Assembly (NCBI RefSeq): GCF_964355755.1
Contig: NC_092675.1
Coordinates: 31,158,912-31,222,911, forward strand
Source of the DNA: Antedon mediterranea
Taxonomy: Eukaryota > Animalia > Echinodermata
Length of the DNA stretch: 64,000 nucleotides
Reading direction: 5' to 3'
Shown here: piece after piece, positions 36,735 to 48,500 of the stretch
Layout of the letters: each line of letters opens with the position of its first letter
Numbering within the stretch: the first letter of the stretch is position 1
Made by a program: the position numbers and the translations under genes
Notes under the pieces: generated by a model
Told to the model about the DNA's origin: nothing
The model's input: only the letters and a program-made list of their open reading frames with translations
Database searches by the model: none

Positions 36735-39700
36735 TAATAATAAATAATATATTTATACAGGATAAAACAATCAGATTACAGTGTATCTGTTTTACATTGT
36801 GGTCCTGTCTTAATCAAAATATACAAAAGAGAAACTTAATTAAATATAATACATGTCAGTTTTTTATGAAAAGAAATGAGATTTGTATCTAGCCTTAAAG
36901 GACGTAATTGTTGGTGCCGATTTAATATTAATTGGTAAATTGTTCCATATTTTTGCGCCTGCAACTTTAAAGGACGAATTCATTTTACTAAGGGTGTATT
37001 TAGGTATTGTTACATTCAAATTTTCTACTCCACGTGTTAAGTGGGTGTGAATATCGCGAATCAATTCAATTTCATTTACTAATCTAATTGGTGCAAGGCC
37101 GTAAACACATTTATACATTAGACATGCTAGGGAGAAATCTCGTTTCTCTTCAAGAGTTTGCCACGATAAGTTCTGGATGATGTTGTCACCCCTTACATTA
37201 ATATAATCGAAGTTGTTAGTTACAATTCGAGCAGCTCTTTTTTGATGTCGCTTTAAAATATTTTTGTTTAACTCTGTCGTATTTCCCCAGACTGTTATAG
37301 CATAATCACTACAAGGCTGAATTGTACTTATATATAGAGTTTCAAGGAACGGTTTACTTAAACTACTAGCCATTTTACCTAGCATTGTTATTTTATATCC
37401 AATATTTTTACTAATACATTGAGTATTTTGTTTCCAAGTTAACATTTCATCGATTACGACTCCCAGATACCTTATACTATCAACTTGTTCTAATTTACTG
37501 GTTCCAATTTGTATATTTAAATCATTACTGTCAGCTGTATGATTGTTTCTTAGTAACATAACCTTTGTTTTTTCAGTATTTATAGAGAGGTGGTTGTCAT
37601 CATACCATTTACCAATGTTATCAATAATTATTTGTAATGAATCATTTACTATCTTAGCAGTATCACCTGAGGTGTAAACCACAACATCATCAGCAAAAAC
37701 GCTGCAAGTTCCATTTACTATAGACTGCGAAATATCATTTATGAAAATGAGAAACAAGATGGGTCCCAGGACACTTCCTTGTGGAACACCAATATTGATT
37801 TCTTTAAGTGTAGATTTGTTATTGTTACAGTATACAAACTGTTTTCTGTTTTTTAAGTAATTACTAAACCAGTAAACAACATTTTTATGGAAACCATATT
37901 TGTAAAGCTTAAATAACAAAATTGAGTGATCTATCGTGTCAAAGCACTTGGATATATCTAAGAAACAAGCGCCGACGACCTCTGAGTCATTAAAACTTTC
38001 TAACCAATCATCAACTACTCTGTGCAAGCATGTTACAGTAGAATGGTTTTTCAAAAAGGCAAATTGATCAATGTTAATCAAATCAAACAAACTAAGAAAA
38101 GAAATGATTTGTTCCTGAACCACTCTCTCTATCATCTTTGCGATATGAGCAACGACAGATATTGGTCTGTAGTTGCTCATACTGTCTTTACTACCCTTTC
38201 CTTTATATATAGGAGTTGTCCTTGCTACTTTCCAATCAGCTGGGACAAGACCAGACATGAGAGAGAGATTCACAATATGACACAATGGATAAGCAATGTA
38301 CGGAGCTGCTAACCTTAACAATTTACTATCAAAATCAAGAACATCTAAATTTTTTTCTGGCAAATTATAAAGCTTCCTTTTAATGGTATTTACATCAACA
38401 TTTATAAAATTAAAGGAATATTCACTAGGTGGATTATTCCAACTTGGCAGCGTATCGTCAAATGACTGCGCCATCTTAACTCCTATGTTGGTAAAGTATT
38501 CATTAAAATGTTCGCAATCAATAGTTTTACTAATGTTAGATTTCGTTTTACCAGTTAGTTTATTTAGCTCGTTCCACATTTTTTTTGGATTATTTTTATA
38601 TTTTATATTTACATTATTAAAATAGTTATACTTTGCTTTCTTAATGTTAGTGTTAACCAGATTTCTAAGTCTTCTATACTCAGTTTTTAATCCTGGATTA
38701 TTAACATTTACTTTGCTTTTAGTATAATCTCTTTTGTACATTAACTTTATAATTTCAGGAGTTATCCAGGGAGAGAATCTATTTTTTATTCTTGAATTTT
38801 TTATAGGCCCATGTTTATTACTTAAATTTAGAAAGCAATAAGTAATACATAATAAATATTTTTGATTTCATTTACCTTAAAATAAATTAGTGATAAAACA
38901 CACATTTTATATAGTATTTAGCCATTTTAAAAGTTGGATGTACACCATCGTAGATTACCATACCATTATGTTTTACAATGCATTTTTCAGATACGTTTTA
39001 AACAACTTAACTGAATTTGGAAGGGTATCATATACATCCTCACTGCCTCCTCTACAAGTACAGATGTAACTTAATATATACATTATTCATTTTCTGGTAA
39101 AATCTTCCATACAAGTGTAGAGTTACAGGCCTCGATCATGCATACCTTTTTTACAGAACTTTCTGGTAAACCTTTCCATACAAGTGTAGAGTTACAGATG
39201 CCTACATACCATCTTACAGAATTTTCTGGTAAAATCTTCCATACAAGTGCAGAGTTACAGGCCTCGATCATGCATACCTTTTTTACAGAACTTTCTGGTA
39301 AACCTTTCCATACATGTGTAGAGTTACAGATGCCTACATACCATCTTACAGAATTTTCTGATAAAATCTTCCATACAAGTGCAGAGTTATAGGCCTCGAT
39401 CATACATACCTTCTTTACAGAATTTCTGGTAAACCCTTCCATACAAGTGCAGAATTACAGGCATACGTACCTTCATTACAGAACTTTCTGTTGAAATCTT
39501 CCATACAAATGCAGAGCTAGTTATAGGCATACATACATTCTTTACAGAACTTTCTAAGTAAAACCTTCCATACAAGTGCAGATGTACTTTAATTTGATTT
39601 GATGTATTCGATATCATACAAAATTAAAAGATAAAAACCAACAAAAAATATCATGGTATACACACCTTCTTCACAGAACTCTCCGGTAAAGCCTTCCATA

Positions 39701-42700
39701 CAAGTGCAACTTGATGTATTTCCATTCGACGAACATGTAGCGCCATTTTTGCACAAATTGTTAACACATGCATCCGCTACAGGAAGAACTTTGGGAAAAA
39801 ATTATGTAAAAACGCCGATAAAATACAAACATTTATCAAAGTGAAGCTTACTTTGTCATGAGGTATTCATGAATATTATTATAACTTCCAATCATTGCCA
39901 CGACGTGTTTATTTAGCTAACTCATCTAAAAACAATCAAAAGCTAAAAGCAAGTAATTACCATCTTGACAAGATGTTGCGGCGGTATCGTTTATATATTG
40001 GTTTGCATAATCTAGACCAATAGTGGATACGAACATGGCAACAGAGGAAGACCCATACCATGTGGCTGTAAACTTAAGCCTGTTGTCTCCAGACGTTATA
40101 TGATGAACTCCAGGACTTACTTGACCACTTATCGTACAGAAGCCAAAATTCTCTTTCTCAACTGCGTCAAAAAATTGCACCATGTTCTTACGCATTCTAG
40201 TATAAAGTGCGTTTTTACAAGGTTTATCAACGGTCAAAATCAAATGATTTGAGAAGGAGTAAACAATTGAATTTTGGTGAGATGAAGTCGTGTTAAGTGT
40301 TGAAAATGTAGTACTTGTTACAAATTGTTCAACGGGAGCTATAACAGACATAGATGGATGAGATTCTTGGCAACTTCCAAAGCCTCCCTGAAAAGTGTTG
40401 CATAACCCTTGACCCCTGGTTCCATACAGTGCTATTAAGACTGGGTTGTCGGCAACAAGTGTTTTCGTGACGTCACCATTTAGTACAAATTCATGGAATT
40501 CACCAGCGTCAATAGTACTTGCAAAACCTTCCTCTGGAAGATAAATGGTTGTATTGTTCCGAACAGCGATAACACGACATATTGTATCCCCATAACGAAG
40601 GCTTGGAAGGATAAACCGTTTTCCTAACGCGTTAACAGGAGGAATTTGCGTCGCCATATACTCACACGCGTTTCCATAGTATTTGGCGTACCCACAGCTG
40701 TTGCCACTGATGACGGAAATAGGGGATGAAGATTTAACGTGAGAACCAGTGAGATCATTTTCACTTGTGATCTGGAAAGTCTGGCCACTATCGATAGAAA
40801 ACGATAACATATCTCCAGCCTGATATATCTATGGAATAAGCATGCAACTATTATCAACTTGTCTAAGAGTAAATAAATATTAATAATACAATAAACTATT
40901 CGTTTTCGTGAGGCTATTGATTGTTGGCTTCCACTATTTCGGTTCGGAAAAAAATAAAAGAATTTAAAAAAAATCATTACCAACTTACCTTTTGTTGGTA
41001 GATGACGGTTCCTTTTAATTTGACAGAAACTTGAGTTCCATCGCAAGATCCAGTAATCATTACTTGAGATCTTGAAGAAGCAAATCTTGGGTACGATGAT
41101 GCAATAAAATGTTCGGATCCAATAGATCTCAGAGGCGCCACTAGCAAAATATCTAAACTAAAATCGTGAGTATCAACCACTGCGTAGACAGTTATATTAT
41201 TGGTAGCCAATATGGTGATGGTGTTTTGTTTAATACCAGTGGTATGGTTCGTGGTCGACATAATGTCACTTGGTAATCGTACAATAACCTCCTCGTTGTT
41301 CATCATTCGAAAATGTTTCTGAAAGTTTATTCCACTAGCAGATACAAACACAAATCCTGGAGATTTGCTAATTGAGTGAATATGTAAAGAAGGTCCTTTA
41401 CTAACCAGATGGTTGTATGGCAAGGCAAAAAGGAAATACTTCCCATGGCTATTCGAGGCTCCTACAAATAATAATATAGTTAGTAAATACTGTATTTAAA
41501 TTTATTAAATGATAAATATAACTAATAAAATGAATATTTATAAATCTAATTCAGCAAGATTGTAAATGTATTAATTTGAAACAGGACATGCAACAGTAGT
41601 GTGAAATATCAATCACATACCAACAGTAGTGTGAAATATCAATCACATACCAACAGTAGTGTGAAATATCAATCACATACCAACAGTAGTGTGAAATATC
41701 AATCACATACCAACAGTAGTGTGAAATATCAATCACATACCAACAGTAGTGTGAAATATCAATCACATACCAACAGTAGTGTGAAATATCAATCACATAC
41801 CAACAGTAGTGTGAAATATCAATCACATACCAACAGTAGTGTGAAATATCAATCACATACCAACAGTAGTGTGAAATATCAATCACATACCAACAGTAGT
41901 GTGAAATATCAATCACATACCAACAGTAGTGTGAAATATCAATCACATACCAACAGTAGTGTGAAATATCAATCACATACCAACAGTAGTGTGAAATATC
42001 AATCACATACCAACAGTAGTGTGAAATATCAATCACATACCAACAGTAGTATGAAATATCAATCACATACCAACAGTAGTGTGAAATATCAATCACATAC
42101 CAACAGTAGTGTGAAATATCAATCACATACCAACAGTAGTGTGAAATATTAATCACATACCAACAGTAGTGTGAAATATCAATCACATACCAACAGTAGT
42201 GTGAAATATCAATCACATACCAACAGTAGTGTGAAATATCAATCACATACCAACAGTAGTATGAAATATCAATCACATACCAAATAGATAAAACTCATAA
42301 TGTTGTATTGCTTTACCTTTCCGTTATGCTACCAATCACAACTTTATCAGATACACTATTTAATCCACTACCGATATTTAACCTTGTATTTGGTAATACT
42401 TATTTGATAGAATACTTTATAACACGAACAAATAATATAGATCGAGCCAATTCTGCATATATACATTGGGCATGCAGAATTGAACTGATAATTAATCCAG
42501 AACATACTGAATAATTGAAGGGTGTCTATTACAAATTCCTGTTAAAATCCAATTCCATATATATATATATATATATAATACTTATTATCATTTGAATTTA
42601 ACAATACCGTATTTTACCATCGATATAGCATACACTTGAAAGGTTTGAGCAAAACATAGACAACAGATATACTATTATGGCTAAGTTCAATCGAGAGTGA

Positions 42701-43389
42701 TGAGTAAGCCTCGGAATTGGTATTTCATATTTAATGGTAGGTCTGTCGCGCGAGACTTCATTCGAAAGCCATCTTTTAAATATTCCTCATTTAATATTAA
42801 TACAGTGTTTATTCAATAGGTAATGGTGTCTTCTGTAATTATGTTATTAGGATGTCTTTGCGAGATATATATGTACAACGTTACTCGTGTAGGTCTATGG
42901 ACAGTATCTATTGTTTTGTGTATTAGTTTTTTATTTGAAAAAGGAAATCCCTAAATCCGCCGCAATAATTTCTCAATAGTGACTTACATTAGAATGTTTT
43001 TTAATGCAAAATTGAGTTGGCAGTTGGCAGAAATTCGTGTAACGTAGGCTATATCGCTCCAATACCTTAGAAGCAAATGATATAATTGTGGTACGAGAAG
43101 ACTAGACATGATACAGTACCGTACTGCATTGATTGATTAATAAAAATGTTCTATCTAAGTTCGCATTTAGTCTGTAACACAGTCCTTAGTCCTTTTACAA
43201 ACAAACCAGTTTAAAAAACAACAGTAGTTTAGTAGGCCTGTAATGATTTAGTAAAATATGTAAAACCGATTTGAGAGAATCATTTACCCCACAATATAGG
43301 CATACGCCAAAATATACACAATATACATACATACCTGTTGTATAGGAAACAAGTGTGAGGAGCATTATCCACGTGAGTGTAGTCCTCAT
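33128..43389 (-). CDS. Secreted FCGBP-like protein: signal peptide, IgGFc-binding N domain, EGF, Ca-binding EGF, two more IgGFc-binding N domains
   Basis: In-phase exons 43389-43335, 41461-40989, 40828-39961, 39776-39666 (EGF), 36361-36245 (DINEC.. cbEGF), 36026-34701 and 34455-33128. Each large domain has DGFLALPV..LG..Y, DLTG..V.S..P.AV.SG..C, C.HM..Q.PP...WG..F and PSM..IP. The 3' end is uncertain because the stop overlaps a GTGAGT donor. Confidence 0.85.
36596..36703. mobile_element. Small Tc1/mariner-like MITE with TA TSD
   Basis: TA-CAGCAGAATCCCC ... GGGGATTCTACTG-TA. Confidence 0.65.
36704..38835 (-). mobile_element. 5'-truncated L2/CR1-like non-LTR retrotransposon with an open RT frame, intronic
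   Basis: ORF 38741-36864 has NYRPIS, FLDISKCFDTIDH, GVPQGSVLGP, FADD and YLGV; 3' UTR and (TTA)n tail at 36704-36750; no endonuclease domain. Confidence 0.92.
39085..39600 (-). repeat. ~63-bp tandem repeat derived from the 3' half of the EGF exon and its splice donor
   Basis: Units tgcacttgtatggaag..tttaccagaaa.ttctgtaa.a.ggtatg resemble the exon end TGCACTTGTATGGAAGGCTTTACCGGAGAGTTCTGTGAAGAAG|gtgtg; about 8 copies. Confidence 0.8.
41591..42283. repeat. 30-bp minisatellite (caacagtagtgtgaaatatcaatcacatac) x23, intronic
   Basis: Near-perfect period of 30. Confidence 0.97.
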
Positions 43390-44529
43390 TTTGGTTTAGC
43401 CAGGTCCGAATGCTTTAGTGTAAATGCAACGAAATAAAGTTGGTTAACTTTCTTCACTCTTGAACAAATATGATGGCGCTATTTATTCTCACTTTCTGGT
43501 AGAATGTCTCTTTTCCTTCTTTTAAAGTCGTCTTCTAAAGTCTTCAACAAATGTTATTTGGCTTTTATAAATAGATAGATAGACCTAGGAAGTGAACTTG
43601 GTCATGGGTGTTTCCAAATGATTAACACGGTAATTTAATTTTCTGGGATTTTTATCGCAGAGGTCATTTTTGGTGAGCAGATTAAAGGGGCTGGTTTATC
43701 GGAAGTAAGGAAGAAATATTACAGAATTGTCATCATCTTTGACCTGTCCCTTATTACCGGTAAATTATACATAAAATATAAATATTGTTTTAAAATTGTA
43801 TTCATGGTTACATGTGTGTTGTATACTAAAGTTCCTGATTAAAAATGTGAAAATATTTGCAATGTAGTGTGATGAATTCTAGTTACCCTACATTAGGCAA
43901 CCTTTCTTGTTATTATCACACCAAGTGGTTTTATTAGATATGTATCAGACAGATCAAACGTCAACGAAACTATAACGAATATAAGGCAGTTTATTGTTGA
44001 CATAGGAAACGTAGTCATATAGAAACCGGGAAACCTACAAATTTAACATTAAACACTTTATCGTCAGTGACTTGAATCTGTTTTAATATATCCTGAAATA
44101 TTATTAAATATGTAGTCACTTTATGATACAATTCCTTTTCATATCAGTTATTACTTTTCCTACTTGTCTTTATGACCTTAAAAACGTGGAAATATGCTAA
44201 ATTATAAACATTTTAATATAAGCACGATGTTTTCACTATTAATGTTTAACAACATTTTTAAACGCAATAAAAATTAATCATTTCATTTTAATCAGTCAAG
44301 TAAATTTACAGCACATAAATATTATTATATTGTACACTTAGATAGTGAAACGTTTAACGCATCCGTTAAAGGGCCAAATCTGTCATATCTATGAAATGAA
44401 TTTTAACTGAAAGTAAATCAATATCTTTCACAGAGTATTGGCCCAGGTACTCTATGTAAATCATCAAAATGGATAGCTGTCTCGCTACTCAACCCCTCAG
44501 TTTAATTACCAAACAACCAGATGCCCAAT

Positions 44530-45436
44530 AACAACATGCTTTTTGGTACTCATGCACGTGTTAATAAAACAACAGATGAAACAGTAATTTTTGATAACAT
44601 TCCGATTGAGAAAGTTGAAACGTTTAAATATTTGGGACTTACATTTGATGAACAACTCTCATGGAAAGTACATATTGATTCTATATGTGCAAAACTATCA
44701 AAAATTCTACATCTATTTTATAGATTGAAAAGTTTTACATCTCCTAAAATTATTAAAAGATTATACAATGCTCTATTTTTATCACATATTGACTATTGTT
44801 CAACAGTCTGGGGTACTGGTTCAAACGCCCATATTTTAAAATTGCAAAGGGTACAAAATAGAGCTGCACGATTAATACTAGGTGCTGATATTCGAACTCC
44901 TGTTAGACAAATGCATTATGATTTAGGTTGGCTAACAATTAAGACAAGAATTGAATATCATACAATTTGTACAATATTTAGATGTTTACAAGAATCTGTA
45001 CCTTCATACTTATGTGATGTTTTGCAATATATTAGTAGTGTACACAATATTCAAACCAGAAACTATGAAAATAATCTGTTGTATTTGCCCAGATGTAACC
45101 TCGAAATATACAAACGTAGTTTTGTTTATTATGGAAGTTCACTCTGGAATGGCCTACCTTATGAATTAAGAAAACAAAACAATTATAACCGTTTTAAATC
45201 ACTTGTTAAGATTCATTTATTGTTGCCGGTGGTCTAGGATGGTTCCAGTGAAATATATTTAAATATGGTATAAAAGTTATAATAATAATGAGAACATGCA
45301 TTGAAGTTTAGTTTAAGTTTAGTTTAAGTTGTTTTCAAATTTTGTTTAAATGTGCCGTAGGGCCCCTCGGAAGAGCAGTTTTATTTTATTACTGAGAGGG
45401 CTACCCTACTGAAAGAAAACGAAATAAATAAATAAA
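44530..45436 (+). mobile_element. 3' fragment of an L2/CR1-like LINE
   Basis: ORF 44521-45237 has KYLGLTFD..LSWKVHI, DYCSTVWG, LQRVQNRAARLI and LWNGLP; 3' UTR stem (gtagggcccctc..gagggctaccctac) and (AAAT)n tail. Confidence 0.88.
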
Positions 45437-45512
45437 CGCAACGATTTGTCGAGTGGAATCGGTTAAACTCCGTTTCCACATGCAGTTTATCGATTACGGT
45501 AACTTTTTTCAG

Positions 45513-48500
45513 TTATTTTTTTTGACGGCCTATAATATAACGTGTAATGGCGTCTTGATCCCCATGTTTCCTGATCACCATTAATATACTGTACATTTTT
45601 TCTTCAAAACACAAATTAGTGAAAAATTGCTGAGTTGTTTGATGAGTGTTGCAGTCGGCAATGTGAAAACGATTTCCGAAAAACATTTTGTGAAACATTA
45701 TTCTGCCTTTGATGTTCGTGTTACCATTGTACTCTAAATAGAAAATAAGTTAAAAATAGATTATGTTAGATATCAATTAAATCAGAAAGTATAAATAGAT
45801 AAGCCTTTAATAGCCCCGATTGCCTGAGTTATTGTCTTTTTTATGTTACGTATAAATTGCCAAGTGTGAGCAATTTTTTAAAAACCAAATAATATCCAAC
45901 CTATAATAGATATATTACAACTTAAGATCGTATACTTACACTAATAACTGATACTTAAGTTAAGTTATTTAAGATCGTATACTTACACTAATAACTGATA
46001 CTTAAGTTAAGTTATTTAAGATCGTATACTTACACTAATAACTGATACTTAAGTTAAGTTATTTAAGATCGTATACTTACACTAATAACTGATACTTAAG
46101 TTAAGTTACTTAAGATCGTATACTTACACTAATACCTGATACTTTGTTCTTAACCCCAAATGAGCGGCCTACGACATCACGGATCTATAATATTATCATC
46201 AAATAAATTAATTAATGTTAAATCATCTGATTACTGATTGGTTTGGGACAATTTTGGATGTAAGAAAATTAACAAAATAGATCTTAATTTACTATTAATA
46301 AGTGAATAAATAAAAATAATTGTTTAGAGAGGAAAAAAGCCCTTAAATTCTAAATCGAACAATTTGTGTTTCAAATTAGTCTTTTACGCTTAATGCGTTC
46401 CACAACATTTTTAGTCGCACGACTCTACAGCTCACTATGTCGGTCTGTTGGTCGGTAAACACTAACTTGAGTACGCAACTGCAGCCATGTATATGGCCTT
46501 GTTTTATAAAAAAGATTTTGTTAATGAGACAAATAAATAATTTACGTCGTTTTATCTAAGAAAACAAACAAAGCACAAACCTGAGGATCTAGCAGAACGT
46601 ATGCACAGAATATAAAGCACCCCTGTAAACCATTGATGATGCAGAATATGTATTCTAACCATAGCGATGACGATCCAATCATGAACGGCCCCACAAGCCA
46701 CGTCACTCCAAATAAGGGTAATAAAATGACTAGCCCCTTTAATGATTTCCTATTTGGAAATTAAATTGAAAAGCTTATTTATACCGAATGGTATACCTAT
46801 AATATTTAGTAATTAATAATTGATAATTTTGTATTGATTTATGTTGTTCGATTTTATCCTTTTGACTATCTTTTAATCTGACGAATATTCATTTTTTTAT
46901 TTTCATTTAAATCATATCTATACAGAATAATTGTCAACATAAATATAACAATTTTGACTAAAACAAATCACAGAGATACTAGAGTATGTAAATTTTAAAA
47001 TGTAATAAAATCTAAAACTTAAAAAACTATAATTAAAATTTAAAGCATTGAAGTTACTTACTTAATAGCACTGTAATCTTCTGTTTCTGTTTGAGATCGA
47101 TTGGTTCTTGATCTTGTATAGATACATTTTATTATCTTTGCAAGAATTAAACAGTTTATCTAAGTCGGAAACAAAACAATTATCATTCACAGAAAAGTGT
47201 TAGAAAAAGGCTATTAATTTCGTCCATAAAATAATGATTAATAAAAACCATGATAAACAATGGTACTTTACCAATTCTATAAACGATACCGAACCAACGA
47301 ATGTCCAGCGAAGGCCATTCTCACTATTTATCCAACAACTAGAAAAAAAAAATACTTCTCAAATTTACATAGAAAATGAACAGACAACACAATACAAGAT
47401 AGTTTGTTTCCAAAGATGTCGCAAAACGAAATATTAACAATTTAAATTTAGGAAAAACGTATTATTAAAAGAAGTCTTTGTAAAAATACAAAGGTAGGAG
47501 GCCTAGAGGAGGCCTAGGCGATTAGAGTGTTAACTAAACCATATTGAATGATAATCCAATCTACATCAGCGTTGGTGCAAATTGATGTTTTAGGATAGTT
47601 TAGGTTGTTGGAAGATGCTATTGTTAATAAACTTGTGAATATTTGTTCTCGTTTTCCTTTGTATGTTTTGTATAGATGTATTATCCGAAATGGGTCCTTT
47701 GGGAGAACAGTTTTTTTACTGAAGAGGTCACCCAGTATAAAGCACAATTAAAAATAAAGGAAATGAATTACTTACAAATACGGGTCTCTATAACTGTTAT
47801 AAGTAGTAAGAAGTGACACAGCTACTGCCACCACCGGTACAATATAGCAGATGATGATGTAGTATAACATCTTGTTATAAACACAAGGAGTTGTTCTCAA
47901 TACTTTAAATGCTATATAAACTGCCTCTGCCAACATCCACATAAACGCATTTAACGCCGTGAGATGCAATCCTATGGCCACGATCATGCAGAGATACTAT
48001 AATGACAAATTTATATAGGCCTATTTAATGTATCATGATATGATAATAATTGTATACGTACATTATATTTTTCAAACCTGTAAGTGGCGGTAATTATCGC
48101 TGTTGAATTTGAATAAAATAAAATAATATTATTACATATTTAAAACTTCCGTTTTCATGATGCGCCACGCGACTACATAGCTGTTGAGTCGAAAAGTCCA
48201 TGTGCACTTAGAAATATGAGCATGCGCATAATGACTGTTGCGTAAAAATAGTCGAGTGATTCAAACCTTGTGATCAGTTGATTCAATTCCAAACAGAAAC
48301 AAACTTTGAAGAATCATTAAGTTGGAAACTAGATTGCAGTGGATCCAACTCCGATCAGAGTTTCTTAGCTTTCTGAAATGTATTGGTTTGATCTGATTTA
48401 TTCAATTTCGAGAAACATTATATGTACAATGCTATGATTAAAATGTCAATGATTGTCAAAAGCAAACTAAATCGCTGTTAGAAAACACTTTTATGATGTA

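Noticed and set aside
41551-42276. Repetitive ORFs (VIDISHYCWY)n and (KYQSHTNSSV)n
   Set aside because: A 30-bp intronic minisatellite open on both strands by chance.
42317-42540. Candidate exon 2 of the FCGBP-like gene
   Set aside because: The open frame ends in phase 2, incompatible with the phase-1 acceptor at 41461; exon 1 joins 41461 directly.
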